A stretch of 32,000 nucleotides of DNA from Methylorubrum extorquens (lineage in GTDB: Bacteria; Pseudomonadota; Alphaproteobacteria; Rhizobiales; Beijerinckiaceae), in the NCBI GenBank assembly GCA_900234795.1, contig LT962688.1, positions 3,630,001-3,662,000 on the forward strand, written 5' to 3'. This document shows positions 1 to 8,108 of this stretch, in pieces; the first letter of the stretch is position 1; every line of letters starts with the position of its first letter. Made by a program: the position numbers and the translations under genes. The notes under the pieces were generated by a model. It saw nothing but the letters and a program-made list of their open reading frames with translations, was not told the DNA's origin and made no database searches.

Positions 1-914
1 TCCGAATCGTGCAGCTCCGGCCGGTAATCGTCGCTGTGGCCGCGATCGGTCTCGCTGATGAAGAACATCGAGGTCAGCGGCGCGATGCCGACGGAGGCCA
101 GATCTTGCCGCGGATAGAGCGTCGCGCTCACCCGCACCCCCGTGGTGCGGCCCGGCTCGACCGTGAAGCGGTAGGCGCCGGCCACGGACGGGCTGTCGAG
201 CAGGGCGTGGATCGTCAGGGCCTTCGCATCCGCCGACGGCACCTCGATGTAGAACGCGCGGAAGAACGGAAACTCCTCGTTCTCGCCGTCCGAACCGATC
301 GCCAGGGCGCGGGCGGAGAGGCCGTAGAGCTGGTCCTGGCCGAGGAAGCGGAAATAGCTGGCGCCGGCGAAGACGATCAGTTCGTCGAGGCGGTCGGGCC
401 GGTTGAGCGGTGCGTGGATGCGGATGCCGGCAAAGTTCAGGTCGCTCGGCAGCGTCCCGTCGATCCGCGTCCGGCCGAAATCGAACAGGGCCGGATCGTA
501 TGGGATCGGCGTGCTGATCCCGTCGCGCACGAGGCTTACGGAGACCGGGCGTGGATAGAGAAAGCCACGGTGGAACAATTGAAGCCGGAACGGCCCGCCG
601 GCCTCGCCGAGAAACGCATGGTCCTTCCGGAAGCGGATGTCGCGGTAGGCGTCGTAATCGAGGCCCGCGAGCGGCGCCGGCAGCGGCGGGAAACGGCCGT
701 CGAAGGGCTGCGCCGCGAGCGCCTGCGCCTGGCGCTCGACCATGCCGGGCTCGAAGGGACGGCTCCTCGCATCGTCCTCAGCGGAAGCCGGCATGGCTGC
801 GGCGAGGCCGGCGGCGGCCAGCCCCGACATCACGCCCCGGCGCGAGAGCGCGCCTGTCGGCACGGCCTGCTCGGCATGGCCGTTGGGGGCGTGAGGGCCT
901 TTGGCGCGGATCAT
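1..914 (-). CDS. opgD: Periplasmic glucan biosynthesis protein, OpgD/MdoD family; N-terminal ~304 codons only (3' end runs off the left edge)
   Basis: Absent from the ORF track because there is no stop in the window. My translation of the minus strand from ATG 914..912 gives MIRAKGPHAPNGHAEQAVPTGALSRRGVMSGLAAAGLAAAMPASA (twin-arginine type signal). This is followed by FRLQLFHRGFLY, VFAGASYFRF, LYGLSARALAI, EEFPFFRAFYIE, LLDSPSVAGAYRF and GIAPLTSMFF, which are hallmark MdoG/MdoD blocks. The + strand ORF 9..1067 is its antisense shadow. Confidence 0.85.
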   Translation of the reverse strand, partial: MIRAKGPHAPNGHAEQAVPTGALSRRGVMSGLAAAGLAAAMPASAEDDARSRPFEPGMVERQAQALAAQPFDGRFPPLPAPLAGLDYDAYRDIRFRKDHAFLGEAGGPFRLQLFHRGFLYPRPVSVSLVRDGISTPIPYDPALFDFGRTRIDGTLPSDLNFAGIRIHAPLNRPDRLDELIVFAGASYFRFLGQDQLYGLSARALAIGSDGENEEFPFFRAFYIEVPSADAKALTIHALLDSPSVAGAYRFTVEPGRTTGVRVSATLYPRQDLASVGIAPLTSMFFISETDRGHSDDYRPELHDS

Positions 915-1297
915 GATCCCATCCCGAAATGCCACGGTTCAATGGCCGCTTCGGTCGGGCTTGGGAAGGGGCCGGCCGAGCTCGTGCGATGCGGAGCTGC
1001 GTCTTTCGCGCAACAATCGCGCGCCACGCCGAACTCTCGACCGATCCGGCCGGAAATCGGGGGGTAGCGGAACCGTTTTTCCCTTGTGGTCGAGAGCCCC
1101 CGGCCGTATATGGCGCCTGCCCAATTTCGCACGTGCCTGTGGCCGCGTGTCGGTTGGTGGGCATCCGGTCAACTGCCGGACAGCCGCCAGGGGTCTTAAA
1201 GGATCGATGGTCGTAAAGGGTGGATCCCTACGGCCGGCATCCGGGTGGCGACACCAGACCCTAACAACAACCGGCAGCCGGAGGCGAAACCGGCGAA

Positions 1298-1598
1298 CCC
1301 CGCTCTCCACGGGGGACGCAGCTTAAAGCAACGACGAACGGGCTTTTTTGGTCTCGTCGGCCCTCCAAAGGCCGACACCGAAGAGGCTTGTTTATCCTTG
1401 CCCGGCGTGCGGTTGGGGTTCCCCCATCCAATCCACGGCAGCTTCCGGGGTGCTTCTCGCGCCCGCTGACCGTTCCGCGTCTCCAAAGCGCGAAGCGGAA
1501 GCGACGCATCGCCCCCTGACGCCGACGGTCCTTCCGGGACCGTCACGATTCGATCTCGCGCCCTCGACGGCGCCTCGAACCTGTGGTGGGGACGACCA
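1298..1598 (+). promoter_or_regulatory. Structured 5' leader upstream of ornithine decarboxylase (candidate speF-type alphaproteobacterial leader RNA; boundaries uncertain)
   Basis: There is about 680 bp without a convincing ORF between opgD (start 914, minus) and odc (start 1599). Hairpins on the + strand: 1298..1314 (ccccg/cgggg, loop ctctcca), 1356..1376 (gtcggcc/ggccgac, loop ctccaaa), 1473..1500 (loop containing tctccaaag) and 1524..1544 (gacggtcc/ggaccgtc). A conserved RNA motif named speF is known upstream of ornithine decarboxylase genes in alphaproteobacteria. I cannot align to its consensus from memory. Confidence 0.35.
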
Positions 1599-2765
1599 AT
1601 GACCGATCGCATCCGCGATTACCTGCGCGCGCGCCGCGACCTCGGCCAGGACGAGGGCCCGGTGATGGTCCTCGACCTCGATGTCGTGCGCGAGAACTAT
1701 ACGGCCTTCGCCCGCGCGCTGCCCGACACCCGTGTGTTCTACGCCGTGAAGGCGAACCCGGCCGCGGAAGTGCTGCGCCTGCTCGCCGAGATGGGCTCCT
1801 GCTTCGACACGGCTTCCGTGGCCGAGATCGAGATGGCGCTCGCCGCCGGCGCCACCGCCGACCGCGTCTCCTTCGGCAACACCATCAAGAAGGAGCGCGA
1901 CGTCGTCCGCGCGCTCAAGCTCGGCATCCGCCTCTTCGCCGTCGATTGCCAGGCCGAGGTCGAGAAGATCGTTCGCGCGAGCGAGGCAGCCGGCATCGCG
2001 GCCGGTGAGGTGCAGGTGTTCTGCCGCATCCTCTGCGACGGCGCCGGTGCGGATTGGCCCTTGTCGCGCAAGTTCGGCTGCGAGCCGGAGATGGCGGTGA
2101 ACGTGCTGGAGCACGCCCACCGGCACGGCCTCAACGCCTACGGCGTCTCGTTCCATGTCGGTTCGCAGCAGGCCAACACGGAAGCCTGGGACGGGGCGCT
2201 CGCCTCCGCCTCCGAGATCTTCCGTGAATGCGCGCTTCGCGGCATCGGCCTGTCGATGGTCAACCTCGGCGGCGGCTTCCCGACCAAGTACCTCAAGCAG
2301 GTGCCGGGCGTGGAAACCTACGGCGACGCGATCTTCCGCGCGCTCACCAAGCATTTCGGCAACCGCATCCCCGAGACGATCATCGAGCCGGGCCGCGGCA
2401 TGGTCGGCAATGCCGGTTTGATCGAGGCCGAGGTCGTGCTCGTCTCCAAGAAGTCGGAGGCCGAGGACGAGGTGCGCTGGGTCTATCTCGACATCGGCAA
2501 GTTCGGTGGGCTGGCCGAGACCATGGACGAGTCGATCCGCTACGCGATCCGCACCGACCACGACGAGGACCGCATGGCCCCTTGCGTCGTCGCCGGCCCG
2601 ACCTGCGATTCGGTCGACGTGCTCTACGAGAAGAACCACTACCCGCTGCCGGTCTCCCTTTCGATCGGCGACAAGGTGTGGATCGAGGGCGCGGGCGCCT
2701 ACACCACGACCTACGCGGCGGTCGCCTTCAACGGCTTCCCCCCCCTCGCGCAGATCGTGATCTGA
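1599..2765 (+). CDS. odc: PLP-dependent ornithine (Orn/Lys/Arg group IV) decarboxylase
   Basis: 388-aa ORF with the PLP-lysine motif FYAVKANP, the glycine loop NLGGGFP, EPGRGMV, and the substrate/dimer motif GPTCDSVD. This is the alanine-racemase-fold decarboxylase architecture. GGGGA lies 8 nt upstream of the ATG. Confidence 0.93.
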   Translation: MTDRIRDYLRARRDLGQDEGPVMVLDLDVVRENYTAFARALPDTRVFYAVKANPAAEVLRLLAEMGSCFDTASVAEIEMALAAGATADRVSFGNTIKKERDVVRALKLGIRLFAVDCQAEVEKIVRASEAAGIAAGEVQVFCRILCDGAGADWPLSRKFGCEPEMAVNVLEHAHRHGLNAYGVSFHVGSQQANTEAWDGALASASEIFRECALRGIGLSMVNLGGGFPTKYLKQVPGVETYGDAIFRALTKHFGNRIPETIIEPGRGMVGNAGLIEAEVVLVSKKSEAEDEVRWVYLDIGKFGGLAETMDESIRYAIRTDHDEDRMAPCVVAGPTCDSVDVLYEKNHYPLPVSLSIGDKVWIEGAGAYTTTYAAVAFNGFPPLAQIVI

Positions 2766-2943
2766 TCCGCAATCCGGTCACGCCCCGGCGGGACCGGCCC
2801 CGGTCAGGCTTCATTCACGCCTCTTCCGTCAGAAGTGCCGCGCGTCTCACGAGACGCGCATGTCGTTGTGTCCCGGACGGCCCGCCTCGGCGGGTGCGAG
2901 GGCTGTTTCCCCCCGCTTCTCAGCGACCTGGGAGGGTACGGCC

Positions 2944-3501
2944 GTGATCCAGATCCGCAATGAAACCGCCTCCGATGTCGTGGCCCGCGAGCACCTGCTC
3001 GACGCCTGCTTCGGCCCGGGCCGCTTCCTGAAGACCTCGCAGCGCCTGCGCGAAGGCCGTCTTCCGGCGCGCGGCCTCGCCCTCTCGGCTGTGCGGGGCG
3101 AAAAACTCGTCGGCACCGTGCGGCTGTGGGATGTCGAGACCAGCTGCGGCCGGCCGGCCCTGCTGCTCGGCCCGCTCGCGGTCGATCCGGAGGTTCAGGG
3201 CGCCGGCCTCGGTGGAGCGCTGATGCGGGCCGCGCTCGTCGAAGCGGCGGCGTTCGGCCACGGCGCCGTGCTGCTGGTGGGGGATGCCCCCTACTATGCC
3301 CGCTTCGGCTTCGCCCCGGACAAGGCGGCAGGGCTCTACATGCCCGGCCCGTTCGAGCGCGAGCGCTTCCTCGGACTGGAACTGACGGCCCATGCGCTCG
3401 CGGGCGCAGAGGGCGTGCTGCGCGCGACCGGCGCGTTCGAGCGGCTGCCGGAGGTCGCGGCCGAGGCCGCCACGGTCGTGGCACGACGACACGCCGCCTG
3501 A
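2944..3501 (+). CDS. GNAT family N-acetyltransferase
   Basis: The track ORF is 2860..3501. I prefer the GTG at 2944, which has GGAGGG at 2931..2936 (7 nt spacing). The product reads VIQIRNETASDVVAREHLL...GPLAVDPEVQGAGLGGALMRAA...YYARFGF. The Q/RxxGxG/A acetyl-CoA loop and the C-terminal YYxRFGF are typical of small GNATs. Confidence 0.8.
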   Translation: MIQIRNETASDVVAREHLLDACFGPGRFLKTSQRLREGRLPARGLALSAVRGEKLVGTVRLWDVETSCGRPALLLGPLAVDPEVQGAGLGGALMRAALVEAAAFGHGAVLLVGDAPYYARFGFAPDKAAGLYMPGPFERERFLGLELTAHALAGAEGVLRATGAFERLPEVAAEAATVVARRHAA

Positions 3502-3648
3502 GGCGAGGCCGGGCTGCGGCGCCCGCTTCCCGTCATGCGATTAAGTACGAAACAGGGCCCGTCGACGCGCAGGAGCGGCGGCGGACCCTGGTCCGGTCGG
3601 TGGTGGTCGTCATGGAAGAGACCGGTAGCACCGGCACGGATCACCGGC

Positions 3649-3837
3649 TCAGCGGTGATAGGGCCAAGCGGTCGCGGAGAAGGACAGGCGGCTGGCACCC
3701 TCGTGGAAGGCGCGGGCCTGGCCGGCGGCCGTACGTCCGGCGCGGACGAGGGCGGCGAGGAGTGTGATGATGCCCGGATCGCGATCGATCGTCTCGATTT
3801 CGGGATGGATGGACGGTGCGGTGAGGACGGTCAGCAT
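3649..3837 (-). CDS. Hypothetical small protein (62 aa), family not recognised
   Basis: A strong SD (AAGGAAA) sits 7 nt upstream of the ATG. Nearly every codon ends in G or C, as in the flanking real genes. No motif recognised. It could be a remnant of a longer gene. Confidence 0.4.
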   Translation of the reverse strand: MLTVLTAPSIHPEIETIDRDPGIITLLAALVRAGRTAAGQARAFHEGASRLSFSATAWPYHR

Positions 3838-4110
3838 GGTGCGGTTTCCTTATGCGTGCTGTCTGCCCTTGAGCGCCACTCCCTTGTTGCAGTGCAGCAT
3901 AGACAGACTTTTCGGCACACGCCTCCGACGCCATCCGAGCCCAGACCTGCACTCACCTCATAGCTGAAAACCTGGAATCTTCACGGTTCCGCAACATCCG
4001 AGCGGACCGACCGGTTGACCGGCAGACGCCGAACCGTCATCCGCTCGTCACTTCCAAGCATCAATCACGCCGCTCTCAAGCAACGAGCAGCCCGACAGGA
4101 GTGTCCGCGC

Positions 4111-5559
4111 ATGTCCGATGGCCCGAAGAAGGATTGGCCCGTCCACGGTCGCATCACCGGCCCGATCGTGATGATCGGTTTCGGCTCGATCGGCCGGGGC
4201 ACCCTGCCCCTCATCGAGCGCCATTTCGAGTACGACAAGAGCCGCTTCACGGTCATCGATCCCGTCGACACCCATAAGGATCTCGCCGACAAGCACGGCC
4301 TGCGCTTCGAGAAGGTCGCGCTCACCAAGGAGAACTACCGCGACGTCCTCACCCCGCTCCTCACCGAGGGCGGCGGCCAGGGCTTCTGCGTGAACCTGTC
4401 GGTGGACACCTCCTCGCGCGACATCCTCGAACTCTGCCGCGAACTCGGCGCGCTCTACATCGACACGGTCGCCGAGCCGTGGACCGGCTTCTACTTCGAC
4501 AAGGACCTGAGCCAGGCCGACCGCACCAACTACGCGCTGCGCGAGAACATCCTCGCCGCCCGCCGCGCCGCGCCCGGCGGCACGACCGCCGTCTCCTGCT
4601 GCGGTGCAAACCCCGGCATGGTCTCGTGGTTCGTCAAGCAGGCGCTGCTCAACGTCGCCAAGGACACCGGCTCGACCACACCCGAGCCGAAGACCCGCGA
4701 GGAATGGGCCGCGCTCATGCGCGAACTCGGCGTCAAGGGCATCCACATCGCCGAACGCGACACCCAGCGCGCCAAGAACCCCAAGCCGCAGGGCGTGTTC
4801 GTCAACACCTGGTCGGTCGAGGGCTTCGTGTCCGAGGGCAACCAGCCGGCCGAACTCGGCTGGGGCACGCACGAGACCTGGAAGCCCGCCAATGCCCAGG
4901 AGCAGACCAAGGGCTCGCGCTGCGCGATCTTCCTGCTGCAGCCCGGCGCCGACACCCGCGTGCGCTCCTGGACCCCGACCGCGCAGGCGCAGTTCGGCTT
5001 CCTCGTGACCCACAACGAGGCGATCTCGATCGCGGACTACTACACGGTCCGCGAGGGTAACGAGGCAGTCTACCGTCCGACCTGCCACTACGCCTACCAC
5101 CCGGCCAACGACGCCGTGCTCTCGCTGCACGAGATGTGGGGCAATGCCGGCAAGGTGCAGGAGCACCAGCACATCCTCGACGAGAACGAGATCGTCGACG
5201 GCATCGACGAACTCGGCGTCCTCCTCTACGGCCACAAGAAGAACGCCTACTGGTACGGCTCGCAGCTCTCCATCGAGGAGACCCGGCGGATCGCCCCCTA
5301 CCAGAACGCGACCGGCCTTCAGGTCACGAGCGCCGTTCTGGCCGGCATGGTCTGGGCGCTGGAGAACCCGGAGGCCGGCATCGTCGAGGCGGACGAGATC
5401 GACTTCCGCCGCTGCCTGGAAGTGCAGACGCCGTATCTCGGCCCGGTGGTGGGCGTGTACACCGACTGGACCCCGCTCACCGACCGTCCGGGCCTGTTCC
5501 CGGAGGACATCGACCCGAGCGACCCCTGGCAGTTCCGCAACGTGCTCGTGCACGGCTGA
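4111..5559 (+). CDS. hss: Homospermidine synthase
   Basis: The track ORF starts at 4015. I prefer the ATG at 4111 with ACAGGAG upstream, giving 482 aa. The sequence reads MSDGPKKDWPVHGRITGPIVMIGFGSIGRGTLPLIERHF (NAD Rossmann GxGxxG) ...CCGANPGMVSWFVKQAL...TWSVEGF...YHYAYHP. This matches my recollection of bacterial Hss (Blastochloris/Rhizobiales type) along its whole length. Confidence 0.93.
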   Translation: MSDGPKKDWPVHGRITGPIVMIGFGSIGRGTLPLIERHFEYDKSRFTVIDPVDTHKDLADKHGLRFEKVALTKENYRDVLTPLLTEGGGQGFCVNLSVDTSSRDILELCRELGALYIDTVAEPWTGFYFDKDLSQADRTNYALRENILAARRAAPGGTTAVSCCGANPGMVSWFVKQALLNVAKDTGSTTPEPKTREEWAALMRELGVKGIHIAERDTQRAKNPKPQGVFVNTWSVEGFVSEGNQPAELGWGTHETWKPANAQEQTKGSRCAIFLLQPGADTRVRSWTPTAQAQFGFLVTHNEAISIADYYTVREGNEAVYRPTCHYAYHPANDAVLSLHEMWGNAGKVQEHQHILDENEIVDGIDELGVLLYGHKKNAYWYGSQLSIEETRRIAPYQNATGLQVTSAVLAGMVWALENPEAGIVEADEIDFRRCLEVQTPYLGPVVGVYTDWTPLTDRPGLFPEDIDPSDPWQFRNVLVHG

Positions 5560-5582
5560 AGCCCTGCCATAGAACGCTCTTC

Positions 5583-5613
5583 GGGGCCGCCCTGTCCGGG
5601 GCGGCCCCTTTTT
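5583..5613 (+). terminator. Rho-independent terminator after hss
   Basis: The stem ggggccgccc (5583..5592) pairs with gggcggcccc (5599..5608). The loop is 6 nt, followed immediately by ttttt (5609..5613). Confidence 0.75.
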
Positions 5614-5646
5614 CGTTAAGCTGGCGCGACTGCTCGAGATTCGCGT

Positions 5647-6207
5647 ATGGCCGGCCCAGCAAGCATGGACACCCGCATGCGGGTCGCGAAGTACCGGGAC
5701 TGGATCGCCCCTCGCCCGGACTGTGAGCGGTGGGAACTGCTTGGCGGCGTACCGGTGCTGCAGGGGCCGCAGCCCGGTCGGCATCAGCGCATCATCACGA
5801 ACATCGCAAAGCATCTCGACGATCTCGCCGAACGCCGGGGCTGCGGCGCCTATCCGGGCCTCGCGATCCTGAGCGAGGCCATGGACGATTACGCGCCGAT
5901 TCCCGACGTCGTGGTGCAATGCGGCGAGCCGCCGGAAGACGGCTACACCGGCGATCCTCTGCTCGTCGAGGAAGTCCTCTCTCCCTCAACCCTCGTGCTG
6001 GACCGTGGCCGCAAGACGGAGTTCTACCAGACCGTTCCCTCGCTCGCCGTCCTCCTGCTCGTGCATCAGGACGAAGCGCGGGTGGAGGTCTGGCGCCGGG
6101 CGCCGGACTGGACGGTTGAAGTCGCCGGGCCCGGCGCAGTCATCGACCTGACCGAACTCGGCGGCGTACTATCCGTCGCGGAGGTCTATGCGCGCCTGAC
6201 CTTCTGA
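5647..6207 (+). CDS. Uma2 family (DUF820) putative PD-(D/E)xK endonuclease, paralog 1
   Basis: Contains ERWELLGGVPVL, RHQRII, PIPDVVV, LLVEEVLSPST, DRGRKTEFY and VEVWRR, which is the characteristic Uma2 motif order (D ... E-x-L-S-P-S ... K). The start is uncertain: in-frame ATGs at 5647, 5665 and 5677, none with a clear SD. Confidence 0.8.
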   Translation: MAGPASMDTRMRVAKYRDWIAPRPDCERWELLGGVPVLQGPQPGRHQRIITNIAKHLDDLAERRGCGAYPGLAILSEAMDDYAPIPDVVVQCGEPPEDGYTGDPLLVEEVLSPSTLVLDRGRKTEFYQTVPSLAVLLLVHQDEARVEVWRRAPDWTVEVAGPGAVIDLTELGGVLSVAEVYARLTF

Positions 6208-6278
6208 CCCCGCGCCGCACGCCGCTTGCTTGGCTCCGGGGCGGTGCTAGCATCGCCTTCGTTTTCGGAGGTCTCACG

Positions 6279-6845
6279 ATGGCGCTCGCCCTTCGGCGCG
6301 ACCCCGGCATGCGGGTGGCGGAGTATCAGGTTTGGGTCGCCGACCTTCCGGACGAGGAGCGCTGGGAGCTGATCGACGGCGAGCCGGTATTGATGGCGCC
6401 GCAGAGCGAGCGGCATCAGCTGATCGTCGCGAACCTAGTCCGGAATCTCCGGCCGTTCGGACGCGACCGCGGTTGCCGCGCGATCCCCGGCATTGCCGTG
6501 CTGAGCGACAGCATGGACACCTTCGCGCCGATCCCCGACGTGGTGGTGCGCTGCGGGCCACCGCTGAGGGACGGCTATGCCCGCGATCCCGTCCTTGTCG
6601 CGGAGGTGCTCTCGCCCTCGACCATGAGCCGGGATCGCGGCCGCAAGACCGATTTTTACCGGAGCATTGCCTCGCTCAAACTGTTCCTGATCGCCTATCA
6701 GGACGAGCCGCGCGTCGAGGTGTGGCGCCGCGACCCCGAGAGCGGCTGGGCGTTCGAGGCCCACGGCCTCGGCGACGCGATCGACCTGCCAGAACTCGGC
6801 GGCCACTTGGCCGTTGCAGAGATCTATGACGACATCGCTTTCTAG
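6279..6845 (+). CDS. Uma2 family (DUF820) putative PD-(D/E)xK endonuclease, paralog 2
   Basis: Same motif set (ERWELIDGEPVL, RHQLIV, PIPDVVV, VLVAEVLSPST, DRGRKTDFY, VEVWRR). GGAGG lies 8 nt upstream of the ATG. My hand alignment gives about 101 identities over about 177 aligned positions with paralog 1. Confidence 0.82.
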   Translation: MALALRRDPGMRVAEYQVWVADLPDEERWELIDGEPVLMAPQSERHQLIVANLVRNLRPFGRDRGCRAIPGIAVLSDSMDTFAPIPDVVVRCGPPLRDGYARDPVLVAEVLSPSTMSRDRGRKTDFYRSIASLKLFLIAYQDEPRVEVWRRDPESGWAFEAHGLGDAIDLPELGGHLAVAEIYDDIAF

Positions 6846-7212
6846 ACGACGAACCCGCGCGGGACCGGCCTTGCCCCATTTCGAAGACTTCTACGCCAAC
6901 AAGCTGCGCGGCTCGCTCGGGGTCACCGATGCGGAATCGGTGCTCGATCTGCGCGGGGCCAACCGCCCGACCGCGGAGGCCTCGCTGACCGACATGCTGG
7001 AGCGCAGCCGCTTCGCCAAGGGCAAGACCGTGGCGATCCGCCTCGATCCACCGCCGGAGGGCGGGGGCGAGACCCTTTTCCAGCCGATCGGGCGCCAACT
7101 CCTCGATGCCAAGCGGCGCGGCTGGATCGAGCGGCTGCAGACCCTGCCCGCGGGCGACGGGCTCGGCTTCTACGTGGCGCTGGCCGGCAAGCCCGACCGC
7201 GAGCGCGACTGA
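6826..7212 (+). CDS. Hypothetical protein with degenerate Smr-like domain
   Basis: The ATG at 6826 overlaps the end of the preceding Uma2 gene by 20 nt (the track start is a TTG at 6814). The pattern VLDLRGANRPTAEASLTDMLERSRFAKGKTVAIRL...GGGETLFQPIGRQLLDAKRRGWIERLQTLPAGDGLGFYVALAG follows the Smr layout (LDLHG ... HGxG ... wL ... GG-Ga-V-L). However, both catalytic His motifs are replaced (LDLRG, and no HGxG). This is a domain call by eye only. Confidence 0.5.
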   Translation: MTTSLSRRRTRAGPALPHFEDFYANKLRGSLGVTDAESVLDLRGANRPTAEASLTDMLERSRFAKGKTVAIRLDPPPEGGGETLFQPIGRQLLDAKRRGWIERLQTLPAGDGLGFYVALAGKPDRERD

Positions 7213-7218
7213 CCCGTC

Positions 7219-8070
7219 ATGGCTTGGAGTCGGAACGACAACGCGTTGGAGCACCTCGCTCGCTTCGGTTACGGCGCGCGCGGCTTCGTCTACTGCGTCG
7301 TGGGAGCGCTCGCCGTGCTCGCCGCCCTCGGGCAGGGCGGATCGGCCGGCGACAGCAAGAGCGCGATCCGCGCGGTGCTCGGTGGCCCGTTCGGCGCCGT
7401 CATCGTCGGGCTGATCGCGCTGGGCCTCGCGGGCTTCGCGCTGTGGCGCCTTTTCGAGGGCGCGACCGACGCGGACCGGCGCGGGCACTCGCCGAAAGCA
7501 TTGGCCGTGCGCGGCGCCCACCTGATCAGCGCCGTGATCTATGCCGGCCTCAGCCTCACCGCGGCCCGCCTCGCCTTCGGCATCGGCCGCGCCTCCGCCG
7601 GCGGCGATGGGGTGCAGGACTGGACCAAATGGCTGCTCAACCAGCCCCTTGGCCCCTGGCTCGTCGGAATCGTCGGGCTCGGCATCGTCGCTGCCGGGAT
7701 TGGCTACGCCGCCAAGGCCTGGAAGGGCAACGTCACCGAACGGCTCTCTCTTCCCGCCGGCTCGGAGGCCTGGATCGACCGGCTCGGCCGGTTCGGCTAC
7801 GCGGCGCGGGGGCTCGTCTTCCTGATGATCGGCGGCTTCGTCCTCACCGCCGCCTGGACGCAGGCCTCCTCCGACGCCACGGGCCTCTCGGGCGCCTTCT
7901 CGGCGCTGAGGGCGCAGCCCTATGGCTGGGTGCTGCTCGCCGTCGTCGCCGCCGGCCATTTCGCCTTCGGCGCCTTCGGTCTGATCCAGGCCCGTTACCG
8001 CCATATCGACGCCCCGGATCTCGACCAGGGGAATGGAGCGGTCGCCAGGGCGGTCCGCGCCGCGCGTTGA
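7219..8070 (+). CDS. DUF1206 domain-containing membrane protein
   Basis: Starts 6 nt after the stop of the preceding ORF. It has three repeats of the DUF1206 signature (FGYGARGFVYCVVG, AVRGAHLISAVIYAGL, FGYAARGLVFLMIGG), each followed by hydrophobic helices. Confidence 0.85.
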   Translation: MAWSRNDNALEHLARFGYGARGFVYCVVGALAVLAALGQGGSAGDSKSAIRAVLGGPFGAVIVGLIALGLAGFALWRLFEGATDADRRGHSPKALAVRGAHLISAVIYAGLSLTAARLAFGIGRASAGGDGVQDWTKWLLNQPLGPWLVGIVGLGIVAAGIGYAAKAWKGNVTERLSLPAGSEAWIDRLGRFGYAARGLVFLMIGGFVLTAAWTQASSDATGLSGAFSALRAQPYGWVLLAVVAAGHFAFGAFGLIQARYRHIDAPDLDQGNGAVARAVRAAR

Positions 8071-8108
8071 CATTCCCCCCGGTCGGCGCCGATACCGCGC
8101 TCCGCCTG

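Noticed and set aside
9-1067. 352-aa + strand ORF covering the left end of the window
   Set aside because: It is Arg/Ala/Gly-rich with no recognisable family. It lies exactly antisense to a minus-strand reading frame that translates into an unmistakable OpgD/MdoD protein, so it is a high-GC shadow ORF.
1245-1326. Possible tmRNA-like tag: one frame ends ...TGDAA-stop and a nearby stretch encodes NNN
   Set aside because: The Asn-rich stretch and the AA-stop are in different frames. There is no ANDN-type alphaproteobacterial tag and no tRNA-like acceptor/T-arm (no GGTTCGA-type sequence) nearby.
1392-5919. Long minus-strand ORFs 1392..2639 (415 aa) and 4048..5919 (623 aa)
   Set aside because: They are antisense to odc and hss, whose products carry full family signatures. 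The antisense translations are low-complexity (R/A/G/D/H/V-rich) with no motifs.
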